From NCBI GenBank assembly GCA_041664345.1, contig JBAYKX010000001.1, forward strand, positions 42,925-106,924: DNA of 64,000 bases, read 5' to 3'. A program made the translations under genes and the position numbers. Positions 46,057-55,186 of this stretch are shown here, piece by piece. This DNA comes from Salinivirgaceae bacterium (GTDB taxonomy: Bacteria > Bacteroidota > Bacteroidia > Bacteroidales > SZUA-534). The notes beneath the pieces are model-generated. The model had not been told where the DNA came from. It worked only from the letters and a program-made list of their open reading frames with translations, and ran no database searches. Position 1 is the first letter of the stretch. Each line of letters starts with the position of its first letter.

Positions 46057-46824
46057 TTATCCACGGGTAAAAACACATTCATTTCCGTTGCTTAAACGGT
46101 CGTTATACGAATAACCACTTTCGGTAAATTCTTTGATTTGTTGAGGCTGCGAAATGCGGTTTTTGATAATATAACGGCTCATCATCCCCCGAGCTTTTTT
46201 TGCAAAGATGCTCACCACATTAAATTGTCCGTTTTTACCCTCTTTAAAAGCGGGTGTAATAATTTCGGCTTTTAGTTCCTTAGGCCGAATTGCTTTAAAG
46301 TATTCGTTCGATGCCAGATTAATCAAAAAGTTATCGCCCTGTGTTTTAAGTTGAGAGCCAATATTTTTCGTGATTTGATTGCCCCAGAATTCATACAAAG
46401 AACCCCCTTTTTTATTGGGTAGCTTAATTCCTATTTCCAAACGGTAAGGGCTAATGTAATCCAACGGACGAAGCACGCCGTACAAGCCTGATAATATGCG
46501 GAGGTGTTCCTGTGCAAAGGCAAAATCCACATCAGTCCAGTCATTAACATTCAAACCTGTATATGCTTCGCCATTAAAAGCACAAATGGCTTGGCGCATG
46601 ATGGTTTCATCGGGTTCTTTTTGCCATGTTTTAAATCGGGATACATTTAACAAAGCCAGTTTATCACTAATATCCATCATTCCCATTAATTCCGATACCG
46701 AATACTTTTTCAACAGTTGAATCAATTGGTTGGCTTGATTGTTGAATTCAGGAAAACTCTTCTGCTCAATAATACGGGCGTTTTCAAAGTCAAGGGTTTT
46801 GGCAGGTGACAGAATTATGAGCAT
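46057..46824 (-). CDS. yaaA: Peroxide stress protein YaaA (UPF0246/DUF328)
   Basis: 255-aa ORF with the N-terminus MLIILSPAKTLDFE and overall family pattern (..AYTGL.., ..RILSGLYGVLRPLD..). Confidence 0.85.
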   Translation of the reverse strand: MLIILSPAKTLDFENARIIEQKSFPEFNNQANQLIQLLKKYSVSELMGMMDISDKLALLNVSRFKTWQKEPDETIMRQAICAFNGEAYTGLNVNDWTDVDFAFAQEHLRILSGLYGVLRPLDYISPYRLEIGIKLPNKKGGSLYEFWGNQITKNIGSQLKTQGDNFLINLASNEYFKAIRPKELKAEIITPAFKEGKNGQFNVVSIFAKKARGMMSRYIIKNRISQPQQIKEFTESGYSYNDRLSNGNECVFTRG

Positions 46825-46845
46825 GGTTTGATTCTTAATAGCGCT

Positions 46846-48195
46846 CTATTTCAACCATAAGTTACTTTTCAATTGCTGTTTAGGCGATGCAATTTTTGCT
46901 ACCCCCTGAGTAGCCAATAAACTCTTTTTCCCTGCTGGTTGGGCAATACCTGTAATTAGTTCAATAGCTTTACCCAATTGGGGATCTGTTTTATCGCCAA
47001 AAGGAACGGCGTGCATCAAATCATCTTCAACATAATAATCAGGCATCAGACCATCCTTAAAATCGGTTTTGCCATTGGCATTAGCATATTTCATTACAAT
47101 GGGTAACATTCCCCAATTATGCCTGGGGACGTCTTCGGTATCGGGGATAGCCCACATTCCAGTGTATTTACCATAAGTGTTTTCACCAACCTGCACTACA
47201 TTCATATAGGGTTCAAGCCCAACAATTACCAATTCACTAGCTGATGCCGTAGAATAATGGGTTGTCAGGAAATACACCGTTTGTAAATTTAAGTTTTCGT
47301 TGGCAATGGTTTTAAACCGATAACTGGATTCATTATTCATATCCATATAAGCTTGAAGTTGATCGTTGAATTTCAATGTAACAAATAACTGTTGGTTCAA
47401 GGTGGTGGTATAAGGAGCAATGGCTGATGCCAACCAAATTGCTGCCTGCATTTCACCTCCACGGTTGTATCGTAAATCAACAATAAGGTTGTTTATGTTT
47501 TGCGATTTAAACGATTTGAAAACGGGTGATGCCCATTGAACAAAAGCTTCTTCCGAAGTAAATTCAGAAACCACCAAATATCCAATATTTTGACCAATCA
47601 CATTTAACACTGTATCCAAGATAATTGTGTTTATAGCTAACACTTCCGATGTCATGGTTAATTTTTGGTTGGTATCAAAAATTCCATTCCCTGAAACTTC
47701 GGCCAAGGTTACTGTGTAGGAATCGCTGTATGCTAAATCGGCATAGTTCGAAGTGGTTAACTGCTGGTTGTTTATTTTGGTTATAATGTGCCCTCTTTTT
47801 AGTCCAGCCTTTTGTGCTGGAGAGTTTTCATACACATATTCTACTACCATAAAAACGTTTTCAGAATTGTAGTATTGACCAAAGGCCGGGGAGAATCCCA
47901 TGGTTTTAGGGGTTCCTTCAAATTCGGCCATCAACCCGGTATAATCGTCGGTAATAAACGACCATTTATCTTCAGTGGAATACAACAGTCTATTGAAATA
48001 CGATTCAGGTTCTTCAATTCCGGTGGGTTCCATTCCATCAGGTATTTCACTATACCAAAAATATACCTCACTCATTACATCATATATCCATTGATTTACT
48101 ACCTGATTTTGTGGATCCTCTTTTTCTTTTTTACACGATGATAGAAAGAAGATTGCTATAGCAACAAGGCCAAGAAGAGAAATAATTTTTTTCAT
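46846..48195 (-). CDS. S41-family (C-terminal processing) peptidase lipoprotein with PDZ-like domain
   Basis: 449-aa ORF with a lipobox (FFLSSCKK), a PDZ-like segment (SPAQKAGLKRGHIITKINN), DLRYNRGG and the nucleophile context TASASELV. Confidence 0.8.
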   Translation of the reverse strand: MKKIISLLGLVAIAIFFLSSCKKEKEDPQNQVVNQWIYDVMSEVYFWYSEIPDGMEPTGIEEPESYFNRLLYSTEDKWSFITDDYTGLMAEFEGTPKTMGFSPAFGQYYNSENVFMVVEYVYENSPAQKAGLKRGHIITKINNQQLTTSNYADLAYSDSYTVTLAEVSGNGIFDTNQKLTMTSEVLAINTIILDTVLNVIGQNIGYLVVSEFTSEEAFVQWASPVFKSFKSQNINNLIVDLRYNRGGEMQAAIWLASAIAPYTTTLNQQLFVTLKFNDQLQAYMDMNNESSYRFKTIANENLNLQTVYFLTTHYSTASASELVIVGLEPYMNVVQVGENTYGKYTGMWAIPDTEDVPRHNWGMLPIVMKYANANGKTDFKDGLMPDYYVEDDLMHAVPFGDKTDPQLGKAIELITGIAQPAGKKSLLATQGVAKIASPKQQLKSNLWLK

Positions 48196-48367
48196 TTTTG
48201 TAATAGAGGTTATACGGAACTATTTTTCGAAATTTAAGGGTTCAAATCTACCAATAAATCTGAGATTTGAATATGGCCTGTAACTTTTTTCCCATTAAAT
48301 AATTAACCCTAACCTTTAGAATATTTCTTTCGGTTAGGGCTAATTAGAGCTCAAAAGAGGGAGTTAT

Positions 48368-49897
48368 CTATTCAAATACCTTAAAAGCCACTGCAGCCAT
48401 ATATCCAAATAGGGTACTCAATCCGGTTACCCGGTTGCCACCAATATGCACTGCCTCAGGTATCATGGTTTGGGCAATCATGGTTAGCATGGCTCCGGCG
48501 GCTAGGCCTTCAATCCCAATTTCAATGTAATTCGGAATTTTTGCCCCATAAAAATATCCAATTGAGGCACCTACTGCTGTCATTAACATGAGCGATGTCC
48601 ACAAAATAAGTATTTTACCGGCTTTCCATCCCATTTTTTTCATTCCAATAGAGCTCGACATAGCCTCAGGAAAATTTGACAGGAAAAGACCCGCAATCAG
48701 CGTGTAAGGGACCACATCGGCAAACTCTACCGCTCCCTGTCCCAATTTGGCCGTTAAAATAATAAGGAATCCGGCACCTATTACAAAACTTTCGGGAATC
48801 CCATCGAGGAATATTCCTAACCATATTGAAAGGGGAGCCGAGCCATGCTTTTTGGCTGCTTCGTTAATTTCCGTCTGTGAAGGAATATAGCTTACAGGAT
48901 GCAAGTGGTCGGAGGCTTCAATAGCCCATGTTTGAGCATGGTTATTTGTGTTATTTTCCGATCCGTTATTGGCTTGTTCAGCCATTAATTCAAGGGCTGA
49001 TTCTTCTTCCATTATATGCTGTAACTCTGGGCAATCATCGCGTAACGCATAAAAATCGGATTGGTTTATTTCAAAGGCTTTTACCGGAGTTTTGGCAACA
49101 GCTGTAAAAGCTGCGGGTTCATGATGGAATAGTGCTGTTTCACCAATCATGTGACCGGCACCAATAACCTCTAAAATAGTTTCTCCATCCATAAATGCAA
49201 TTTCGCCTTCTTCAATAACCAGAATGCGGGTAACGGGTTGTCCTTTAACGAAAATACTCTTACCTTGTTTTATATGCAAATGCCGGATGTGCTTAACCAA
49301 TGCTGCCATGTGAGTCCGGGGCACGTGCCGGAAAAGTTTTATTTTGGATAACCTTTTTATAGCCACACGAAACCGATGATTTCTCTTTTGATTTAAGTAT
49401 GAAATTGTTGTAGAAACTTTACGTAAATAACCTCCTTTGCTATTGAGTGCTTCATTTAAAATAAAAAAAAGGAATCCGCCGGCAATACATCCTGAAATTA
49501 AAAAGATAAATTCCAGCGATTGTTTGTGTCCTTCGGTATCATGCATCGATCCTTTACTTTCGTTAACAAATTCCATTACTGTTGGGGCAATTAACTCAAC
49601 GCTTAAAGCGGCCAATAGAGCACCGGCTCCAAAGGCAGTAAAGGCTGCGATTAAAACAGGTTTGGGTTGCCAAATCAATCCAAGCATGGAACCTAAAACA
49701 AGCGATACAGCACTGATACCACCTAGCAAAAATGCCCAAAAAGCAAATTTGTAGGTACCTTCCAATTCCGAAGGGTTTATTCCGGAAGAAGCAAAAAGTG
49801 GGGAAGTAACAAGAAAAAGGATAATTACACCAACACCAATAAATACAAGGGATTTTGTTTTCATAGACGGACAGTTTTTATTTAGCATTTGAAACAA
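48368..49897 (-). CDS. ZIP-family metal transporter with a cyclic-nucleotide-binding domain inserted in the central cytoplasmic loop
   Basis: 509-aa ORF. The N-terminal TM helices are followed by a cNMP-binding-like segment (LFRHVPRTHMAALVKHIRHLHIKQGKSIFVKGQPVTRILVIEEGEIAF...IGETALF). C-terminal ZIP helices follow, with GIFLDGIPESFVIG and GLFLSNFPEAMSSS. Confidence 0.7.
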   Translation of the reverse strand: MFQMLNKNCPSMKTKSLVFIGVGVIILFLVTSPLFASSGINPSELEGTYKFAFWAFLLGGISAVSLVLGSMLGLIWQPKPVLIAAFTAFGAGALLAALSVELIAPTVMEFVNESKGSMHDTEGHKQSLEFIFLISGCIAGGFLFFILNEALNSKGGYLRKVSTTISYLNQKRNHRFRVAIKRLSKIKLFRHVPRTHMAALVKHIRHLHIKQGKSIFVKGQPVTRILVIEEGEIAFMDGETILEVIGAGHMIGETALFHHEPAAFTAVAKTPVKAFEINQSDFYALRDDCPELQHIMEEESALELMAEQANNGSENNTNNHAQTWAIEASDHLHPVSYIPSQTEINEAAKKHGSAPLSIWLGIFLDGIPESFVIGAGFLIILTAKLGQGAVEFADVVPYTLIAGLFLSNFPEAMSSSIGMKKMGWKAGKILILWTSLMLMTAVGASIGYFYGAKIPNYIEIGIEGLAAGAMLTMIAQTMIPEAVHIGGNRVTGLSTLFGYMAAVAFKVFE

Positions 49898-50253
49898 CCA
49901 ATTTAATAATAAGTTTAATAAGAGTTAAATTTATACAAAATGTTGGTTAATTCTTCTATTGAGTTGCTGATTATATCTACCTTCTTCCTAAGATATTCCC
50001 CGTATCCAATTTCAGGATGCCTACCTTGTTCGAATATTAGGTAAGAACGGTGCTGTGGCTTGACAAAAATGCGGGCTGGCGGTGGGTGAATGCCAAATGG
50101 TTAGCCCCATGTGCAAGGGTGCTTGCGTTTTGAAACGGAAATTTTTCATTCAAATGACTTGCGTGGTAGAAATATTCCAAAAATTGAGTTTCATTTACCT
50201 TGCCGTGGGGCTTACAATTTGGCAGAGCGGGTGGAAGCATAGTTTTGTCTAGT

Positions 50254-50287
50254 CCGAGGACTCGGGGTCAAATCGCTCAACTTAGGT
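50254..50287. repeat. 34-nt repeat (copy of 41482-41515)
   Basis: See 41482-41515. The orientation is the same, and it also lies just 3' of a minus-strand gene. Confidence 0.7.
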
Positions 50288-50407
50288 TGAACTTACAATC
50301 AGTTGTTGCATAGTTAAGTATGTTGTTAAAAATTACCAATCATTCATTTGGCAGGCAATTGCTCGATTCCAAAGCAAATTTGTATTGATGAATAAAAGTG
50401 CAAAGAA

Positions 50408-50905
50408 TCATTTTTTATCTTCCTTTAAAAAGCAGGATAATTGCTCCTGAAGGGTTTTTTTATGCAGGGTAATAGAATAGAATCGTATTCCTTCCTCTTT
50501 TCCCAAATTGATTTTTATATCAATTATTTGTTTATTCACAAATTCTGGAAGGTCATTTTTATTGATAACATAGAGAAATTGCATGATAGACTCATCGTCA
50601 AGATATTGTATATCGTATAAATCTAATAAGTATTTTTTTTGGTTTGCTAAGGTAACTTCCAGTTTGTCGTTTAATTGCATACCAATTGGTTTAGCCGGAA
50701 AAGGGATTGGTTGTAACCCCAAAAAATAAGTTGACTTATTGCTAACAATGTTCCCTTGAAGTTCTTTGGAACTAGACCAATATAAAACGGTGGGATCCAT
50801 ATAATAGAGCATAGAACCATCGGAGGCTAATCGGTTATATATTTCACATTGGGAAAAAGAAGAAAGTGAAATGGCCAAAAATCCTACCAACACTAATTCT
50901 CTCAT
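50408..50905 (-). CDS. Hypothetical exported protein
   Basis: 165-aa ORF with a signal peptide (LAISLSSFSQ). I recognise no family. Confidence 0.45.
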   Translation of the reverse strand: MRELVLVGFLAISLSSFSQCEIYNRLASDGSMLYYMDPTVLYWSSSKELQGNIVSNKSTYFLGLQPIPFPAKPIGMQLNDKLEVTLANQKKYLLDLYDIQYLDDESIMQFLYVINKNDLPEFVNKQIIDIKINLGKEEGIRFYSITLHKKTLQEQLSCFLKEDKK

Positions 50906-50979
50906 AAATAAAGATTTGCTTCACCCAAATATAACAAATTTGAGTATGCAATTCAAGTCAGCTATATTTCCAATGGAAT

Positions 50980-52452
50980 TCATCCGACTTCAAATACATG
51001 ATATCCCCATGCCGGCATATCCAAAAATAGTCCACCCGAAATAAGTTCATTTCCATGACGATTGTAATATGCCTCACCCATTAAATCCTTAAGAGAGATT
51101 GTAGTCCCCAAAAGGTCGGAAAAAGGAAACTTCACATAGCACTGGCCCTGGTAGTTCGCATAATTTACCACCACCAATATTCGCTTGCCATCAGTTCCTT
51201 CCCATGAAAAGGCAAGATATGAATCCCAAGTACCATTTCCGTCCCAGGCTTGCTCACATGGAAGCAAGCGCCAACTGCCATTTCGGAATACCGGGTTTTT
51301 TAATAAAGAAAGCAAATCGGAGTAAAACAGTTGCAACTCCTCAACCAGTTCTTCTTTTGGGGCACGGACCAAATGCGGGGAAATGCGTTTAAGCCTACCT
51401 TCGAATTGGCCCTGATGAAAAAACCGTAACCCTGGCGATAAATAGGTGATAATAGCGGCGGCTTCATGTTTGTTTGGCTTAAAAGTCAATGCTGCTCGAG
51501 GCTCATCGTGATTTTCAAGAAAACGGGCTAGTTTGTTTTGATAAGTCAAGTCAGCATAAAAATGCTCCCGCACCTCTTTGGAATGCCCAAGATGCAACCG
51601 GTCGTAAAGTCGTTTATCATAAGTATAATCAAAACCCAATTGTTGAAGATCCCACTCCATGTCCCAATACACTTCAGCCATAAAGCAAAAATCCGGAGTT
51701 TTTTTGTGTACCGCTTTTATGGCTTCGGGCCAGAAACTTTGGGCTTTACGACCCCAGGTTCGTTCAAAAACATTCGGAAGGACGAGCATGGCCATATCGC
51801 AACGAACTCCATTGCATTGGCTTGAAATCCGTATCAGTTCTTTGGTCATAGCCTCCACTGTGGCAGGATTGCTATAATCAAGTTGAACCGTATCAGGCCA
51901 ACCCGAAAAGTAAGGATCTCGTCCGAATGCAAAAATCAAATCTCCCTTTTTCCGTTTTACCCGGATGAAGTTTTGTGGATTTTGTTCCAGATCTTTTTCC
52001 GTACCTGTTATAAAAAACTCTGGATGTTCCTCCACCCAAGGGTGGTCGGGACCAATATGGTTAGGTACAAAATCGAGCATCAATTTTAGGCCACGTTTTT
52101 GGAGCCGGGTACGAAGCCTTTTGAGGGCCTCATCTCCACCCATATCTGGGTGTACCCTATAATCGGCAATGGCAAAGCCGGAACCGCCAATATCCTCTTC
52201 ACGAAGATCGGGCAATGTTTTTTCATAATCGTGTCGCCATTCAGGAACGATTCGCGAAATACTACGACCCATTTCGCCAGTGGTCCAAACGCTCAGGAAC
52301 CATATCCAGTCGAAACCCAGAGATGCCAAGTGATCTAATTCGGAATCGGGAATGTCATCGAGTGTGGCACTTCTTCCTAAAACACTCGATAATTCGGTTA
52401 ACCATACTCGAGTATTGATTTGATAAAGGGTTGGATAAAGGGGTTGTTTCAT
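50980..52452 (-). CDS. Alpha-amylase family (GH13) protein, cytoplasmic
   Basis: 490-aa ORF with GH13 region I LMLDFVPNH and region II GVRCDMA. There is no signal peptide. Confidence 0.8.
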   Translation of the reverse strand: MKQPLYPTLYQINTRVWLTELSSVLGRSATLDDIPDSELDHLASLGFDWIWFLSVWTTGEMGRSISRIVPEWRHDYEKTLPDLREEDIGGSGFAIADYRVHPDMGGDEALKRLRTRLQKRGLKLMLDFVPNHIGPDHPWVEEHPEFFITGTEKDLEQNPQNFIRVKRKKGDLIFAFGRDPYFSGWPDTVQLDYSNPATVEAMTKELIRISSQCNGVRCDMAMLVLPNVFERTWGRKAQSFWPEAIKAVHKKTPDFCFMAEVYWDMEWDLQQLGFDYTYDKRLYDRLHLGHSKEVREHFYADLTYQNKLARFLENHDEPRAALTFKPNKHEAAAIITYLSPGLRFFHQGQFEGRLKRISPHLVRAPKEELVEELQLFYSDLLSLLKNPVFRNGSWRLLPCEQAWDGNGTWDSYLAFSWEGTDGKRILVVVNYANYQGQCYVKFPFSDLLGTTISLKDLMGEAYYNRHGNELISGGLFLDMPAWGYHVFEVG

Positions 52453-52483
52453 ACTAAATTATTTACATGGTCCATATTTTGAG

Positions 52484-52540
52484 TTTTGATTCTTTTTTGA
52501 TTTTTGAGTATTGATTTTTTGAATTTTTTATTAACATTAT
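52484..52540. repeat. Duplicated 5'-leader segment, copy 1
   Basis: The 36-mer TTTTGATTCTTTTTTGATTTTTGAGTATTGATTTTT (52484-52519) is identical to 53692-53727. Weaker similarity continues for about 20 nt. It lies 32 nt upstream of the GH13 start codon. Confidence 0.8.
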
Positions 52541-52608
52541 CTAATTCAATTTAGTCCCCAATTCTTAAAAAATCCTTTTCACCTTATTTGAATGCATTCA
52601 ATAACCCA

Positions 52609-53688
52609 CTATACCGGAACCTCAGTAGTATCAGTAGTATCAATATTATCAGTATTCAGCCAACCAATGAACAGTTTATAACCAATTGACATTATAATGG
52701 CACCGGTAAAAAGTCCAATAAAGCCGGAGAAAATGAATCCTCCAATAACCCCAATGAATATTACCAACATGGGAACAGGGGCACCTTTCCCTAGCAAAAT
52801 AGGTTTGAGTATATTATCGGAAGTTCCAACCACCAACATTAATATGGTCCAAACAATGGCCGGTGCCAATTCTTTGGTTGAAAACATATAGATTATAATA
52901 GGAATGGTAACAAAGAATACGGGAATTTGAAGCACACACAAAACGAATATGAGAAAGGTCCATATTCCGGCATAGGGAATACCTGCCAGAATGAATAAAA
53001 TGGAATTCAACATGGCCAAAATTAACGCTACGCCTATAATTCCTTTTACCACACTTCCAACGGTGCTTAATGCTATATCTGCAAAATCATCTCCTTTTTC
53101 TCCGGCTAATTTCCTGAAAAATTTACGTACATAATCGCCTGTTCCCCCAATAGCCAAAAGTATTCCGGCAATAATAAGCGCGGCCATTATTTGAATAACA
53201 CCACTCACCGAACTTAATATTCCTTTTGCCAGAGTTTTTCCGAATCCTGCCAACGGTTCTTTATACTTAATAATGGTTTCTTCCAGGTTACCCGATATCG
53301 ATTGCCAGAATTCGAAGAGCTTTTCACCGAAAACTGGCCAAGTTTTAACCTTTTCATTGGGGAGTGGAATGGTTAATGTTCCATCATTGAAGCTCATTTT
53401 CAGTTCTTTAAACTCGTTAACCAACGAACCAATGAGAAAAAACAAGGGGACAATTATAATAACCAACAGGGCCAAAAAGATAATAGCAGAAGCTAATTTA
53501 GGCCGGCCACCCATTTTTTCCGTCAATTTATTATGGATTGGATAAAGGGCCAAAGAAAGTATGATGCTCCACAATATAATGCTGGCAAATGGAACCATTA
53601 TCATCAAGCACCAGGCCACTATCAAGACAAGTATGAACAGCCGGATGGTTGTATCGTAAATTGAATTGTTCGAAGTTGAGTTATTCAT
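52609..53688 (-). CDS. AI-2E family transporter (PerM/UPF0118)
   Basis: 359-aa polytopic membrane ORF with the typical family layout and a C-terminal region ..DNILKPILLGKGAPVPMLVIFIGVIGG. Confidence 0.85.
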   Translation of the reverse strand: MNNSTSNNSIYDTTIRLFILVLIVAWCLMIMVPFASIILWSIILSLALYPIHNKLTEKMGGRPKLASAIIFLALLVIIIVPLFFLIGSLVNEFKELKMSFNDGTLTIPLPNEKVKTWPVFGEKLFEFWQSISGNLEETIIKYKEPLAGFGKTLAKGILSSVSGVIQIMAALIIAGILLAIGGTGDYVRKFFRKLAGEKGDDFADIALSTVGSVVKGIIGVALILAMLNSILFILAGIPYAGIWTFLIFVLCVLQIPVFFVTIPIIIYMFSTKELAPAIVWTILMLVVGTSDNILKPILLGKGAPVPMLVIFIGVIGGFIFSGFIGLFTGAIIMSIGYKLFIGWLNTDNIDTTDTTEVPV

Positions 53689-53691
53689 AAC

Positions 53692-53749
53692 TTTTGATTC
53701 TTTTTTGATTTTTGAGTATTGATTTTTGGACTTTTCTTATTGACACTAT
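53692..53749. repeat. Duplicated 5'-leader segment, copy 2
   Basis: The identical 36-mer lies 4 nt upstream of the AI-2E transporter start codon. Confidence 0.8.
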
Positions 53750-54306
53750 TTATTCTTTACACAATTAATTTACTGTAAGACTGGTTTGTTGCTATAGATT
53801 CAAATGGTTGCTTTTTAATGCCACAAATTCGGCAGTGGCAATTATTTTGGATTCCTTTCCCAAAGTTAAAGGATTATTTTGCCAAAATATTATACTGAAT
53901 AATAAGTTTTTTTCTTTTTGAATGATAATAAATTTGCTAAATGAGCACAACAGAACCCATTGTATTAACAAAAGAAGAAGCCTTGGCCCTATTTTGCTTT
54001 ATGCATATAAACCCGGTTTCAATTATTAAAGAGAAACAACAACAACTTACCGCAGCAAACTACGAAACGTTGATGCGGGATATTAGAGGCATGCTTTTAA
54101 TTACGATAATACAACCACTTTGTGGTTGGGTATAACCTATTACATATTACCCCGCATTACTTGCTTCGCTTCGTGAGATCGCCTTTGGCTAAGTTTCATG
54201 CAGGGCTATTCACATTCAATCCTTTCAGATTGTGCGAGGGCTCGGGATTAAAGTCTCACTGATTCAAAATAAGGTTCAATTTGGATACCGCTTAAAAATT
54301 TACTTG

Positions 54307-54323
54307 CCGGATTTTATATCCGG
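54307..54323 (-). terminator. Hairpin just 3' of the deoxynucleoside kinase gene
   Basis: CCGGAT-tttat-ATCCGG lies 12 nt after the stop. The downstream T run on the minus strand is weak and interrupted. Confidence 0.4.
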
Positions 54324-54334
54324 AAGCAATAGTC

Positions 54335-54949
54335 TTAAAACAATCCGTGGATTTCAGCGTCAATTTTATTGATGATGCTGCTCAGGTCTTCGTTTTTTTC
54401 GCCAAAATTGAGGTGGTCCACATCAATTACCAGCAGTTTACCTAAATCGTATTTTCCAATCCAAGCTTCGTAGCGCTCGTTGAGGCGTTTCAAGTAATCG
54501 AGCCGGATGGTGTTTTCGTAGTCGCGTCCCCGTTTTTGGATTTGGTTAACTAAGGTTGGTACCGAAGCCCGCAAGTAAATCAACAATTCAGGGGGTTGCA
54601 CCAACGAACTCATTAATTTGAACAATGAATAGTAATTGTCGAAATCGCGGGAACTCATCAACCCCATAGCATGGAGGTTGGGGGCGAAAATATGCGCATC
54701 TTCGTATATGGTTCTGTCCTGAACCACTGTTTTTCCCGACTTGCGGATGTCGAGTATTTGGGTAAACCGGCTGTTCAAAAAGTATATCTGCAAATTGAAC
54801 GACCAACGCTGCATGTCGTTATAAAAATCGTTCAAATACGGGTTTTCATCCACATCTTCGAAATGGGCTTCCCACTTGTAGTGTTTTGATAATAAACGGG
54901 TCAGCGTGGTTTTTCCCGAACCAATGTTTCCAGCAATTGCAATGTGCAT
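54335..54949 (-). CDS. Deoxynucleoside kinase
   Basis: 204-aa ORF with P-loop IAGNIGSGKTTL, an ER..Y/DRTIYED region and RGRDYE (LID), as in dAK/dGK/dCK-type kinases. Confidence 0.85.
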   Translation of the reverse strand: MHIAIAGNIGSGKTTLTRLLSKHYKWEAHFEDVDENPYLNDFYNDMQRWSFNLQIYFLNSRFTQILDIRKSGKTVVQDRTIYEDAHIFAPNLHAMGLMSSRDFDNYYSLFKLMSSLVQPPELLIYLRASVPTLVNQIQKRGRDYENTIRLDYLKRLNERYEAWIGKYDLGKLLVIDVDHLNFGEKNEDLSSIINKIDAEIHGLF

Positions 54950-55186
54950 AATCTATGTTTTAAGAATAGCTAAAGTAAGTTTTTTTTAAGTTCAAACCGA
55001 TGGAATTTTCCCTTTTTGTTGCGAAATATCTGTAAAAAAGTTTGATGGTTTGGATATGAAACACATACACTAATGGATCAATGAGGAAAAAAATTTTTAT
55101 GAAACCCGAATGCATGGTGGGCAAAAAAACAGAAAGGGAGCCACAAATTTTGCAACCCCCTTTTTTATCACTACTACTTATGAAAA

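Noticed and set aside
50037-50240. 67-aa ORF (-) in the ZIP upstream region, and the 64-aa ORF at 53941-54135 (+).
   Set aside because: No recognisable family, no convincing start context, and overlap with or proximity to repeat sequences. The evidence is insufficient to call either a gene.
54140-54300. Short motifs shared among intergenic regions: GCGAAGC/CGCTTCG at about 9262, 26697 and 54174; GGTGCGAGAA at about 9270 (reverse) and 20316.
   Set aside because: The matches are only 7-10 nt and cannot be distinguished from chance without a genome-wide word count.
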